Assembly: GCA_050246755.1 (NCBI GenBank)
Contig: JBFWVL010000003.1
Coordinates: forward strand, 224,001 to 288,000
Source: Bacteriovoracia bacterium
GTDB taxonomy: Bacteria > Bdellovibrionota > UBA1018 > CAIPTA01
DNA: 64,000 bases
Direction of reading: 5' to 3'
Shown here piece after piece: positions 12,977 to 22,603 of the stretch. Numbering within the stretch: the stretch's first letter is position 1; every line of letters begins with the position of its first letter. The notes beneath the pieces were generated by a model that ran no database searches, was not told where the DNA came from, and saw only the letters and a program-made list of their open reading frames with translations. Position numbers and translations under genes: made by a program.

Positions 12977-13432
12977 TTACGGAGCGCCCCTGCGGATAGA
13001 CTGCACGATCTGATCGAGCTTGCCCAAGAAACGGGATTTATCTTTCTTCTCCATCGGTGCCGGACCGCCGCGCATCTCCCCCCATTCCCGCAAATTTTTC
13101 ATCAGCTCGCGAGTGGCCATCGCCTCACCCACGCTATCTTCGGTAAACTCGATCCCTTTCGGCCCCAGCACTCGCGCCTGCTTCTTCACGCAACGGTCGG
13201 CGAGCGGGATATCGGCGGTGATCACGATATCGCCGGCGTTTACGTGCGCGGCAATCCAATCATCGGCGGCATCGAGGGTGCCCAGCACCACCACCATATT
13301 GGTGCGGCTATTCTGGGGAATATTCATGCCTTTGTTCGCTACCAGCGTAACAGATAACTGATAACGCTCGGCCACGCGGTATACTTCCTCTTTCACGGCG
13401 CAACCATCAGCATCGATATAGATATGCAGCAT
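12977..13432 (-). CDS. yaiI: YaiI/YqxD (UPF0178) family protein
   Basis: [35 protein letters not shown] motifs. Confidence 0.93.
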   Translation of the reverse strand: MLHIYIDADGCAVKEEVYRVAERYQLSVTLVANKGMNIPQNSRTNMVVVLGTLDAADDWIAAHVNAGDIVITADIPLADRCVKKQARVLGPKGIEFTEDSVGEAMATRELMKNLREWGEMRGGPAPMEKKDKSRFLGKLDQIVQSIRRGAP

Positions 13433-13475
13433 CCCTCCACCTTAGCGGAGAAGCTGCGCGTTACGATTTCATTTT

Positions 13476-13504
13476 TTGACTATTCCTATATCTATTCCTA
13501 CTCT
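13476..13504 (+). promoter_or_regulatory. sigma70 promoter, probably giving a leaderless transcript
   Basis: TTGACT-N17-TACTCT-N6-ATG(13511). Confidence 0.6.
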
Positions 13505-13510
13505 CCTTCT

Positions 13511-15313
13511 ATGAAAGCGCTTGGAGCTATCTTTTTTTTCCTTTGCTTGGCGGCATTTTATTTTTTTTGCCTCCCTCACCACGTTCAGGGCGGCGATACC
13601 GCGGAGCTCGTAGCGGCCGCCTATCTCAAGTTGGTGGCCCATCCGCCGGGCTACCCCCTTTGGATCTGGCTCCAACATTTCTGGATAAAAATACCGCTAG
13701 GCACGATTTTTTGGCGCGCCTCCTTGCTCTCTGCCATTTTTTCACTGACCAGCCTGGCCGTCCTCGCCCTTAGTCTCAGAAAGAATCCTCTGCTCCTCTG
13801 GCTATGCCTGCCGCTCTTGGCCCTTTCCACCGTTTTCTACGAGGCCGCTCTGCTGCCGGACGTTTTTGCTCTCCATGGCCTTTTCGTGATGGCGATCGGC
13901 TGCGCTTTCTTTTTTCTCGGGCCGGAATCAAAGTCTCGAAGGCTCTTGGTTCCCTTTCTCCTCTGCCTAGGCCTCGCTCATCACCTCACCATTATTTTCC
14001 TTCTTCCTTTACTTGCCGGACTCGCGTGGGAAGAGCGCGCGTCCAAAACCGCGCTCGCGGAGATTGCCGCCGCCGCCCTGGCCGGCCTGGCACTGGCCCT
14101 CCTCAGCTATACGAGCATTTTCCTGCTGCAAACGGATAGCCCCTATTCTTGGGGGGAAATTAGAACCTTTTCCGGGATTTGGCGGCATTTTCTCCGCCTC
14201 GAATATGGCTCGCTCCAGCTAAGCGCAGAAGGAAACGGAGTCAGTCTGCTGCCCTTTCTTCATTTCTTAGGGGTTAATTCGTTAAACCTTATTCCGCTAG
14301 TCGCGTTTGCGGGAATGATCCTACGCTGGAGGCCGGCGGCGAAAAAAGATTTTCGTTTTCTATGCGGCTCCGCCGCGCTGCTGGCTTCTTTGGCTTTCTT
14401 TCTTCTCGCCAACGTGCGGCCCGCGGGCATGGGGTCCGAAGTGCTTCTCCGCTTCCACCTAATGCCCGTAATCCTCTGCGTTTTGCTCGCGGCCTATATC
14501 CTGAATTCCACAATTATCACGGCGTATACTTATAGAATTTTCTATTTTATTGCGGCGCTCGCCCTCGTTCCCTTCTTCTTTGTCGTCGGCGATTTAGTGA
14601 AACTAAGAAAGGATTCCGTGATCGAAGACTACGCCACCAATGCCTTGGCGGAAGCTTCGCGCGTGGAGCCCGCGATCTTGTTGGTGGAAAATGATCATGC
14701 GTACTTCGCTTTGCAGTACGCTAAATCCATTTTTGGCCTGGCCCCCCACGTGGCGGTCGCCAGCCCCCGCCTGTTTTTCCATCCCTGGTACCTGAATAAA
14801 ATTCAGGTAACGCTGCCCACGTTCAGGCTCGCCGATCCGCGCCATGCCTGGGAAGAGCGAACCTTGGAGCTCGAAAAAGACCTGCTGGCGCCGAATATCG
14901 CTAAAATAAATTTTGTGTTTACGCGCGGATTTCGCCCCCAGGGAAGATACAAAACAACCTTTCTGAGCCTCGGCTACGCCGTTTCCAGCGGACACGGCCA
15001 GGAATTTGCCCCCCGGCGGGACCTTCTTCTCCGCTCGCGGCCCCTCTCGCAAGGGCCCCAAAATTACGGAAAGAAGCTCCTCTTCTCTCAGTACGCGAAT
15101 TATTTTTTAGCCCAGGGCGCGGCGGACTTCACCGTCGGCAAAAAAGATACCGCGCTCGCTGCCTGGCACCATGCCCTCGCGATCGTGCCCTACGCTTGGC
15201 CGGCGCTGCAAAATATCTGCCGCGTTACTAAGGGGGAAGATCCCGCTTGTGCACCCGAGCAAGTGGAAAAAGTGTATAGTGCCGCCCTCGGCGGGCTCTA
15301 CTTTATGCAGTAA
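13511..15313 (+). CDS. DUF2723/TMEM260-like membrane glycosyltransferase (protein O-mannosyltransferase-like)
   Basis: GGDTAELVAAAYLKLVAHPPGYPLW hallmark, multiple TMs, GLAHH, C-terminal TPR-like helices. Confidence 0.8.
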   Translation: MKALGAIFFFLCLAAFYFFCLPHHVQGGDTAELVAAAYLKLVAHPPGYPLWIWLQHFWIKIPLGTIFWRASLLSAIFSLTSLAVLALSLRKNPLLLWLCLPLLALSTVFYEAALLPDVFALHGLFVMAIGCAFFFLGPESKSRRLLVPFLLCLGLAHHLTIIFLLPLLAGLAWEERASKTALAEIAAAALAGLALALLSYTSIFLLQTDSPYSWGEIRTFSGIWRHFLRLEYGSLQLSAEGNGVSLLPFLHFLGVNSLNLIPLVAFAGMILRWRPAAKKDFRFLCGSAALLASLAFFLLANVRPAGMGSEVLLRFHLMPVILCVLLAAYILNSTIITAYTYRIFYFIAALALVPFFFVVGDLVKLRKDSVIEDYATNALAEASRVEPAILLVENDHAYFALQYAKSIFGLAPHVAVASPRLFFHPWYLNKIQVTLPTFRLADPRHAWEERTLELEKDLLAPNIAKINFVFTRGFRPQGRYKTTFLSLGYAVSSGHGQEFAPRRDLLLRSRPLSQGPQNYGKKLLFSQYANYFLAQGAADFTVGKKDTALAAWHHALAIVPYAWPALQNICRVTKGEDPACAPEQVEKVYSAALGGLYFMQ

Positions 15314-16947
15314 AGCCGGCGCTGCTCGTTCCAAAGCAAATTTTCTGGGCGATGAGGGTTCAGCATATTTAGATGAAAACAAAGGTCTTCCGGGCAGGCC
15401 GAGCGGTTGAAGCGCACTTCGTTCTGGGTCACGAAAGCGGACCGCCGGCATTCTTCGCTTACCCCATTTTTTCCGGGTGCCAATAAATCTATCTCTCCGC
15501 CCACCGGCGCCGGCAAAACGGAAGAGCGCCAGCGTTCGTGGCCTATCCTCACGTAGCGCCCGAGCGGCTGGTAGCAATTGGGCACGATACGGTTCTTGTT
15601 CACCGCTTCATACATATAGGAATGGCTCACGAGGGAAGTATCTCGACTGCGCACGGGATAAAGGCGATTCATTTCCGCGGCCGCTATGCTCGAGCTTTGC
15701 TGGGTTTCATCCCAATTCAGCAAGGGAACAAAGGTGAGCATAGAAAGAAAAGTCACGAGGTAGCCTACGGGCATAAGCCATTTTAAATAAAAATCCCTGG
15801 CGCGCAGGTGCAGCGCCAAGTAACGCAGCAGAAAAATCGCCAGCAAAAATAGCAGCACCACCTGAAACCTGGCCACCACCCGCAAAGAATTACTGAGAAA
15901 AAACTTATTCAACCAAAACACCGGCGAAAATGCGGAGATATTTCCCACGCAAAAAAGCAGGGTAATGAAAAAGCAGAAGCCCAGCGGACCAGCCCAGGTG
16001 CGCCGCCAATCTACTTTTTCCTTAGAAATCACCGCGGCCACCAACAATGCGATCAGCGCCCAGGGCAAGAAAGAAAATACGCTATCTTCATACACCGCCC
16101 AGGGGCCCCAGTCCTCGATCAGCCCCAGGTAGCGAAAATGAAAAGTGGGTAGAAAAAAACGGGCTAACGCCTGGCCGGCCGGAGTAGATTCGTCGAGCAC
16201 TTCCTGAAGCCGGCGCGGAAACATATCCTGATAGCGCAAAACGCTAAACCATTTATAGGCCGAAAGCACGAGCGCAAAGGCGAATAAAACCAAAGTGCCC
16301 GCCACCCGCTTTAGGGTTTCCGCCGCTAGCGTAGGCCGCAAAAATAGCAGCATCGTGAAAAATATCCCGATGAGCGGCAATACAAAAAATACCGCCGAAT
16401 GATAGAAGCCCGCCGTGCAGTAACAAAAAGCGCTCAGCACCAGCGCCCCGCCCTCCCGCCCATTCAACCCGCGGGAGAACCCTCGTAAAAGATAGAACGC
16501 CGGCACGAGCGAAAAAAGCACGAGCGCGAAGGTGAGATGCCCCGCGTGAAGGTGCCAAACGAAATAATTTCCGAACAGAAAAAAAGCAGAAAGGGAAAGC
16601 GCCACGCGCGGATCAACGGAAGCCGGGGCTAGCAGCAAAAAAATGCGGTTCAGGTAGATAATCGCCAGGAAGGCACAGCCGAGCAGCAGCGCCTTTGCTC
16701 CCCAAAAACTTCCGAGCAGCAATACCGGGATAAAGAGCGGCGAGAGACCAAAAGCCTGAGGATCCCCCAGCCGGGTAACGCCCGCGCAGAGCTGGTAGGT
16801 CCAAAGAGGAGGCTGATGATCCACCAGCCAGGAGCGCAACTCTACTTCGAAAAAAGAAAGGAAATGGTCCCAATCATTTTGATTGCTTAGCACCACCACG
16901 GCGCTGAAGGCGGTAAACAAGAGATAGAGAGCCCAATTTTTTTTCAT
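15298..16947 (-). CDS. Multi-TM GT-C/YfhO-like membrane protein
   Basis: DWDHF...PPLWTYQLCAGVTRLGDPQ loop typical of GT-C/YfhO-like proteins; many TMs. Confidence 0.65.
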   Translation of the reverse strand: MKKNWALYLLFTAFSAVVVLSNQNDWDHFLSFFEVELRSWLVDHQPPLWTYQLCAGVTRLGDPQAFGLSPLFIPVLLLGSFWGAKALLLGCAFLAIIYLNRIFLLLAPASVDPRVALSLSAFFLFGNYFVWHLHAGHLTFALVLFSLVPAFYLLRGFSRGLNGREGGALVLSAFCYCTAGFYHSAVFFVLPLIGIFFTMLLFLRPTLAAETLKRVAGTLVLFAFALVLSAYKWFSVLRYQDMFPRRLQEVLDESTPAGQALARFFLPTFHFRYLGLIEDWGPWAVYEDSVFSFLPWALIALLVAAVISKEKVDWRRTWAGPLGFCFFITLLFCVGNISAFSPVFWLNKFFLSNSLRVVARFQVVLLFLLAIFLLRYLALHLRARDFYLKWLMPVGYLVTFLSMLTFVPLLNWDETQQSSSIAAAEMNRLYPVRSRDTSLVSHSYMYEAVNKNRIVPNCYQPLGRYVRIGHERWRSSVLPAPVGGEIDLLAPGKNGVSEECRRSAFVTQNEVRFNRSACPEDLCFHLNMLNPHRPENLLWNEQRRLYCIK

Positions 16948-16977
16948 TGGGTTTGATCTTAACCGGAATCGAAAGGG

Positions 16978-17517
16978 TTAGAAGTCTAATTTTTCAGCGA
17001 GCTGGCGGAGGGACTTGCTCACCACGTACTGATTGACCGGAATGCCCGCTTTTTCCGATAAGCGCTTATAGTTGGAGTAACAGAGCGCGCGTACCGAATC
17101 AGGATGCTGCGGAGAGGCGGCGCACTCGCGGTAGAGCGTGATTCCTTCCGCTTCGAGGGCTGGTTCATTCGCCACCGCTTCCGCAATTTTTCCCAATTGG
17201 ATGCCGGCGGCGATGAGGGCCGGCGGAGTGCCGTGAGTCTCGGCTTCGCGCAGGCGCTGTAAATCATTCTTGTTCGGCAAAGCCTTCATCACTTCGGCAC
17301 CGAGGGCGCGAAACTCTTCGGTGGAAAGGCGCTTCACGCTGGCTACGTCGGAAACGGGCAAGGGCGCCGGCACTTCGTCGGTGATTCCGGAAATCGCGTC
17401 GGCCGCGGGGGAAGAAGCGGCCTCCAAGGTGGTGGGGGCCTGGCGCGTAGTGAGCAATATGGCGCCCGCTCCGATCACTACCAAAATCGCTACGGTGAAA
17501 AATATCCAACGTTTCAT
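16978..17517 (-). CDS. Hypothetical membrane-anchored protein
   Basis: N-terminal TM helix, helical C-terminal domain with a Cys pair. Confidence 0.7.
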   Translation of the reverse strand: MKRWIFFTVAILVVIGAGAILLTTRQAPTTLEAASSPAADAISGITDEVPAPLPVSDVASVKRLSTEEFRALGAEVMKALPNKNDLQRLREAETHGTPPALIAAGIQLGKIAEAVANEPALEAEGITLYRECAASPQHPDSVRALCYSNYKRLSEKAGIPVNQYVVSKSLRQLAEKLDF

Positions 17518-17687
17518 AGGGCTCTTTTATCGCTTTCCTTCGGGCGTGGCATCAAGAAATCCGGTTTGCCCGTCCTTTATCGCCCGATTGAAGGGATCGA
17601 GGGTCAAAGAAGATAATAAGCACGAGAGGCCGGCGCACAATTACCGGACCATTATCATTGGTTGCCATAAATACTAAATAAGTTCGG

Positions 17688-18430
17688 CTACTTGCTAAAA
17701 TTAAGCGTAGTGGGATTAGGGCAAAGATCAGTTCGCTCTTCCGCGCTGAGGGCCAGGCCCGGCACAGGCTGAAATGAAGCCACTAGCCTCTTCACCCGCG
17801 GGTAATCCGAATTACCATCCGTATTCAGAATCCAATACCTCATCGCCTCTTCGGCCGTAAATCCGCAAAACTGACGAAGCGCCGCCGCCGCCACGAAGCC
17901 GGACGCATGCCAGCCATTCCAGCAGTGGCCATAAATAGGGCCAAGCGCGGGATCCCGCACGTGCCGATAAATTAAACCCAGTAGGATAACAAGATCTTGT
18001 TTATGACCGCGCAGCGGACTTACTTGCTTATATAGCAGGGTGTTTTCTTTTCCCGCGTAGGTACGGCAAGATACTTTACTGGCCGCGGTGGCGTAACGGG
18101 TATCGTAGAAATATACCGCCTCGGTAAATCCCTCTTCGCAAAGATTTTTCAAGCCTTCGGGAGGAAGCGGATTTGAATTTTCGCGTTTCCCTGATTTGCG
18201 ATAACGATTGTTGGCACCGCCCGGAAATTCCTCGTTCCGGCCAATGCTTCGCGCCCCTCGCCCTTATTGCTCACGAGCTTTTGGGATGCATCTGCCAGCC
18301 CATAACGTTCGCGATAAATACTTCCGGGCACCTCAGAAACCGCCCGCGGCTCCACTCTCGCCCGGGGCGTGCAGGCCCCGAGAATGAGAATTGGCAACAG
18401 AAAAATAAGCGGGCTTTGCTTATGAAACAT
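17688..18430 (-). pseudogene. Frameshifted lipoprotein gene with a tyrosine/dual-specificity phosphatase-like fold
   Basis: One frame from ATG 18430 gives a lipobox (LILGAC) through GTRNFRAV; the -1 frame continues GGANN...NPLPPEGLKNLCEEGF...GPIYGHCWNGWHASG; switch at about 18214-18223. Confidence 0.7.
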
Positions 18431-18435
18431 AAAAA

Positions 18436-21400
18436 CTAATCGTTCTCGTTCGCGCCCACACCGAAATACTTCGCGGCTGGGTGGTGCATCACGATCGCGG
18501 ACACGGATGCCTCGGGGTCCATCATGAAGCCCTCGGTGAGCCGCACGCTGATCTCTTCGGGCTTGAGCAGGCTCCAGAGAATCGCCTGGTCGTCGAGGCG
18601 GGGGCAGGCCGGGTAGCCGAAGGAATAGCGGCAACCGCGGTACTTGGCCTGAAATCTTTCCATCATCGTCATCTCGGGAGAGTCCGGAAATCCCCACTGT
18701 GAACGAATCTGGGCGTGAAGCATTTCCGCGTAGGCTTCCGCGGTCTCGAGCGCAAGGGCCGAGAGCGCGTGGGATTTTAGGTACTCGCCCTTCTGCTTCA
18801 GTTCTTCGGCGCGGGCGCGGATGCCTTCCCCCGCCGTCACGCAGAAGAGCGCTACTTGATCGAACCCCGCGTTGGCCACGGTGGAAGCGGGATTTACATA
18901 ATCGGAAATACTGAGGCCGTTCGGTCTCGCCTGGCGGGGGAAATCAAATATGGCGAGCGGCTTCTCGAAGGGATCGCGGGAATCCGCCTTAAAAAGGGAG
19001 AGGCGATTGCCGTCGGAGGTGGCTTTGTAGAACTGGAATACGGCCTTCACGCTCATGAGCCCGCTGGCTTTAATTTCCTGCTTCAGCTCCTCGATGATGC
19101 CGGCGAACTCCAGCATCTTGGCGCCGGAGGGGTGGTCGGCCAGTGCGCGCAAATCACCCTTTTGCCAGAGCTTCACCACTTCGCCCGGCATCCCGAGGTG
19201 GCGGTAAAAAAGCACCAGATTATTTACGTATTTCCAGATGAGGTCGAGGGATTGCCCACGCACCACGTGACGCTCGAAATCGGGCACCTTCGGCAAAGTT
19301 TCCAAAACGGGAACTTCGGTCGATCTGGTGGTGGAAGCCGACTGGGGCGCGGTGTTTTTCTCTCCGCCGGATTCGGACTGTAAGCTTGCCTGTTTTTCCC
19401 GAAGCGCATGCTCGTAAGGATTGCGCTTTTCTTTGTCTACGAGGGTTTTCGCGAGATCGAGGCCACCCATCGCGTCTTTGGCGTAGGAAACGAGCCCGCC
19501 GCCATAAGCTTTCGCGATTCTTTTGTTGGTGAAATTTTCGGAAAGCGCGGCGCCGCCCACAAGGATGGGCACGGTGATTCCCGCGTTCAATAAATCGCCG
19601 GCGGAAATCTCCATCTGCTGCGCGGATTTCACGAGCAGGCCGGAAAGCCCGAGGATATCGGGCTTATGCTCGCGTACGGCCTTGATCAGCTGATCGGAGG
19701 GAATTTTGATCCCGAGATTGATCACGCGGAACCCATTATTGCCGAGGATGATTTCCACGAGATTTTTGCCGATATCATGCACGTCGCCCTTCACGGTGGC
19801 GAGCACCACGGTACCCCGCACGGCCGTGTCGGTCTTTTCCATATACTGTTCGAGGTGAGAAACGGCGGCCTTCATCGCTTCGGCGCTCTGGAGTACTTCG
19901 GCCACGATCATTTCGTTCTTGTTGAACAGCCGCCCCACGGTGTCCATACCATGCATCAGGGGGCCGTTGATGATCTCGAGCGGAGTGGCCTCTTTGCGCT
20001 TGAGCTCGAGATCGGCGAACAAACCTTCTTTAGTGCCTTCGATAATATACTGTGCGAGGCGATCGTCGAGCGGCAATGCGGCGGCCACTTCCTTGGTGCG
20101 CGGCTTGGCGGCGCGAAAAAACGCGGCGAAAGCGGCCACGGGATCCTCGCCACGGTTCCAGAGCAGATCTTCACAAACCTTGATTTCTTCCGCGGTGAGC
20201 GAGCCGAAGCGCGGGATTTTTTCTGAGTTCACGATCGCGAGATCGAGGCCAGCTTTCACACAGTGGTAGAGGAATACGGCATTAAGGGCTTCACGGCCGA
20301 TGGCGGGCAGCCCGAAGGAAACGTTGGAGATCCCGAGCACGGTTCTAGTTCCGGGAAATTTTTCCTTCAGCAAGCGCACGCCTTCGATCGTTTCCACCGC
20401 CGAGCCCACGTACTGCGCGTCGCCGGTGCCGCAGGGAAATACGAGCGCATCCCAGTAAATATCCTCGGGCGGAATCCCGTATTTTTTCGTGAGCAGATCG
20501 TACTCGCGCCGGGCAATTTCTAGTTTTCTCTGGCGCGTAACGCCCATGCCCTGCTGGGGATCATCGTCGATCGTGCCCACCACCACGGCGGCCCCGTAAC
20601 TTTTCGCCATCGGCAGCACGTGCTGGAAGCGCTCTTCGCCGTCTTCGAGATTCACGGAATTGATGATGGATTTTCCCTGAATCATCTTGAGGGAGGCTTC
20701 GATCACGTGGTGATCGGTAGAGTCGATCATCACCGGCGCTTTGATTTTTTTCAGGAGCTCGGGCAGGAAGCGCTGCACGTCCGCCATCTCGTCGCGGTCC
20801 GGATTGGAAAGACACATATCCACGATATAGGCGCCCTTCTTCACCTGGGCGCGCCCCACCTCGGCCGCTTCTTCCCACTTCCCGGCCACGATCAGATCGC
20901 GGAATTTCTTGGAGCCGATCACGTTGGTGCGCTCGCCCACGAGCACCGGGCGCATCTCATCGGTAATCTCGAGATATTCCACCCCGGAGAGCCGCGAAAC
21001 ATGTTTCGTTTCGATCTTGCGCGGCGTGGAGCGATCGGCGATTTCGCGCAATTTTTTTACGTGGCCGGCGTGCGTTCCGCAACAGCCGCCGAGCACGTTC
21101 AGCCAGCCGCGCTGGAGGAAACTTTCGATCACGCCGCCAAGCATTTCCGGGCTTTCAAGGTAACGCCCGTTTTCGTCCGGCAATCCGGCATTGGGCACGC
21201 AGGCCACCGGAAAAGGCGCCATCTGCGCGAGCGTGCGGATATGGTCGGTCATGAATTCCGGGCCGGTGGAGCAATTCAGGCCGAGGTATAAAAGATCGCG
21301 ATGGAGGAGCGAAGTAAGCAAAGCGTCCACGGCCTGGCCCGCCAGCATGGATCCCATGGGCTCGATGGTGCCCGAGATCGCGATCGGCAAGGGGTCCGTC

Positions 21401-21978
21401 ACTTGCTTATGCAAACGGTCGATGGCCGCGAGGCAAGCCTTGATATTGGTGGTATCGTTGCAGGTTTCGATTAGGAAATAATCAGTGCCCCCGTCGTAGA
21501 GGCCGCGGGCCTGTTCGAAATAATGTTTTTCTAATTCATCAAAGGTGATGCCGCCCGTGAGCGAGATGGCCTTCGTGGTGGGGCCGATCGAACCAGCCAC
21601 GAAGCGGGGCCATTCGGGCGTAGAATACTCCGCGCAGGCTTCGCGTGCGAATTGCGACGCAAGGCGATTCACTTCGTAAGCCTTTTCGGAAAGCCCGTAC
21701 TCGCCGAGCACCAGCGGCGTGGCCCCGAAAGTATTGGTCTCCACGATATCCGCCCCGGCGGCGAGGTAGCGGGTATGCAGGCGCTTCACCACGTCGGGGC
21801 GAGTGAAAACGAGGTTCTCATTACAGCCTTCGAGCTCATCCCCGCCGAAATCCACGGCCGTGAGGTTTTCTTCCTGAAGAGCCGAGCCGGTGCCCCCGTC
21901 GAGCACGAGAACACGCTCTTTTAGGCGGTTCCGGAGTAAAGCCGTCCGCTCTTTTCTGCTCTCTGGCACACTGTTCAT
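18436..21978 (-). CDS. metH: B12-dependent methionine synthase
   Basis: VLDGG, GGCCGT, GERTNVIGS, cobalamin motif KGDVHDIGKN, RYSFGYPACP. Confidence 0.98.
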   Translation of the reverse strand: MNSVPESRKERTALLRNRLKERVLVLDGGTGSALQEENLTAVDFGGDELEGCNENLVFTRPDVVKRLHTRYLAAGADIVETNTFGATPLVLGEYGLSEKAYEVNRLASQFAREACAEYSTPEWPRFVAGSIGPTTKAISLTGGITFDELEKHYFEQARGLYDGGTDYFLIETCNDTTNIKACLAAIDRLHKQVTDPLPIAISGTIEPMGSMLAGQAVDALLTSLLHRDLLYLGLNCSTGPEFMTDHIRTLAQMAPFPVACVPNAGLPDENGRYLESPEMLGGVIESFLQRGWLNVLGGCCGTHAGHVKKLREIADRSTPRKIETKHVSRLSGVEYLEITDEMRPVLVGERTNVIGSKKFRDLIVAGKWEEAAEVGRAQVKKGAYIVDMCLSNPDRDEMADVQRFLPELLKKIKAPVMIDSTDHHVIEASLKMIQGKSIINSVNLEDGEERFQHVLPMAKSYGAAVVVGTIDDDPQQGMGVTRQRKLEIARREYDLLTKKYGIPPEDIYWDALVFPCGTGDAQYVGSAVETIEGVRLLKEKFPGTRTVLGISNVSFGLPAIGREALNAVFLYHCVKAGLDLAIVNSEKIPRFGSLTAEEIKVCEDLLWNRGEDPVAAFAAFFRAAKPRTKEVAAALPLDDRLAQYIIEGTKEGLFADLELKRKEATPLEIINGPLMHGMDTVGRLFNKNEMIVAEVLQSAEAMKAAVSHLEQYMEKTDTAVRGTVVLATVKGDVHDIGKNLVEIILGNNGFRVINLGIKIPSDQLIKAVREHKPDILGLSGLLVKSAQQMEISAGDLLNAGITVPILVGGAALSENFTNKRIAKAYGGGLVSYAKDAMGGLDLAKTLVDKEKRNPYEHALREKQASLQSESGGEKNTAPQSASTTRSTEVPVLETLPKVPDFERHVVRGQSLDLIWKYVNNLVLFYRHLGMPGEVVKLWQKGDLRALADHPSGAKMLEFAGIIEELKQEIKASGLMSVKAVFQFYKATSDGNRLSLFKADSRDPFEKPLAIFDFPRQARPNGLSISDYVNPASTVANAGFDQVALFCVTAGEGIRARAEELKQKGEYLKSHALSALALETAEAYAEMLHAQIRSQWGFPDSPEMTMMERFQAKYRGCRYSFGYPACPRLDDQAILWSLLKPEEISVRLTEGFMMDPEASVSAIVMHHPAAKYFGVGANEND

Positions 21979-22047
21979 TTGGCACCCAATTTAGTCTAAG
22001 CAAGAGGGGGTGCAAAGGGATATTTTCCTGCTTATACTAGTAGTTGC

Positions 22048-22590
22048 ATGATCGAGTTTAAAATAATCTCCACCGTGGATCGCAGCCAGATCGGCAACTA
22101 CCAGCATTTAGGCGCCGAACTCACGATCGGCAGTGCAGACGGCGAGATGCTGATCGATGATCCCCAGATAGCCGCCTTGCAGCTTCGCGTGCGCGTCGCC
22201 GGCGGCCAACCTACGCTAGAAAACCTGGAACCCGGGGTGGAAGCTCGCTTAAATGGTCGCCCTTTCGAAGGCACGGTGCCCCTCAAGGAAAAAGACAACG
22301 TATCGGTGGGAAAAACCTCCATCCAAATTCTCCGCCTGGATCTTTCCACGATTGCGGCCCCCGAGCCGATCGACCACCGTAACGCCTTGACGCGCTTCGC
22401 CTCCGATACCAAAGAAAAGGCGATTCTCGATGGGCTGGAATACCTGGAACGTCAGGCGGGCGAAAGCCAATCCGGTACACCATCTCCTCCGGTCCCTGGA
22501 GCTCCCAGACCCGCCATTCCACCTCTACCCGGAAGAAAACCTCCTCCCCTGCCAGGCGGAATGCCGCCGCCCTTGCCGAAAAAGACCTAA
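22048..22590 (+). CDS. FHA-like domain protein with a Pro-rich tail
   Basis: LTIGS...IDDPQIA...LNG...LKEKDNVSVG FHA-like pattern; canonical GR and SxxH residues absent. Confidence 0.7.
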   Translation: MIEFKIISTVDRSQIGNYQHLGAELTIGSADGEMLIDDPQIAALQLRVRVAGGQPTLENLEPGVEARLNGRPFEGTVPLKEKDNVSVGKTSIQILRLDLSTIAAPEPIDHRNALTRFASDTKEKAILDGLEYLERQAGESQSGTPSPPVPGAPRPAIPPLPGRKPPPLPGGMPPPLPKKT

Positions 22591-22603
22591 GAGGATCCCC
22601 ATC

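Noticed and set aside
18214-18232. Programmed -1 frameshift at G AAT TTC
   Set aside because: Not a canonical X XXY YYZ heptamer, and the product would still lack the expected YR segment; a deletion explains it better
21979-22047. Cobalamin or SAM riboswitch upstream of metH
   Set aside because: The intergenic region is only 69 bp, shared with a divergent gene, and shows no aptamer motifs
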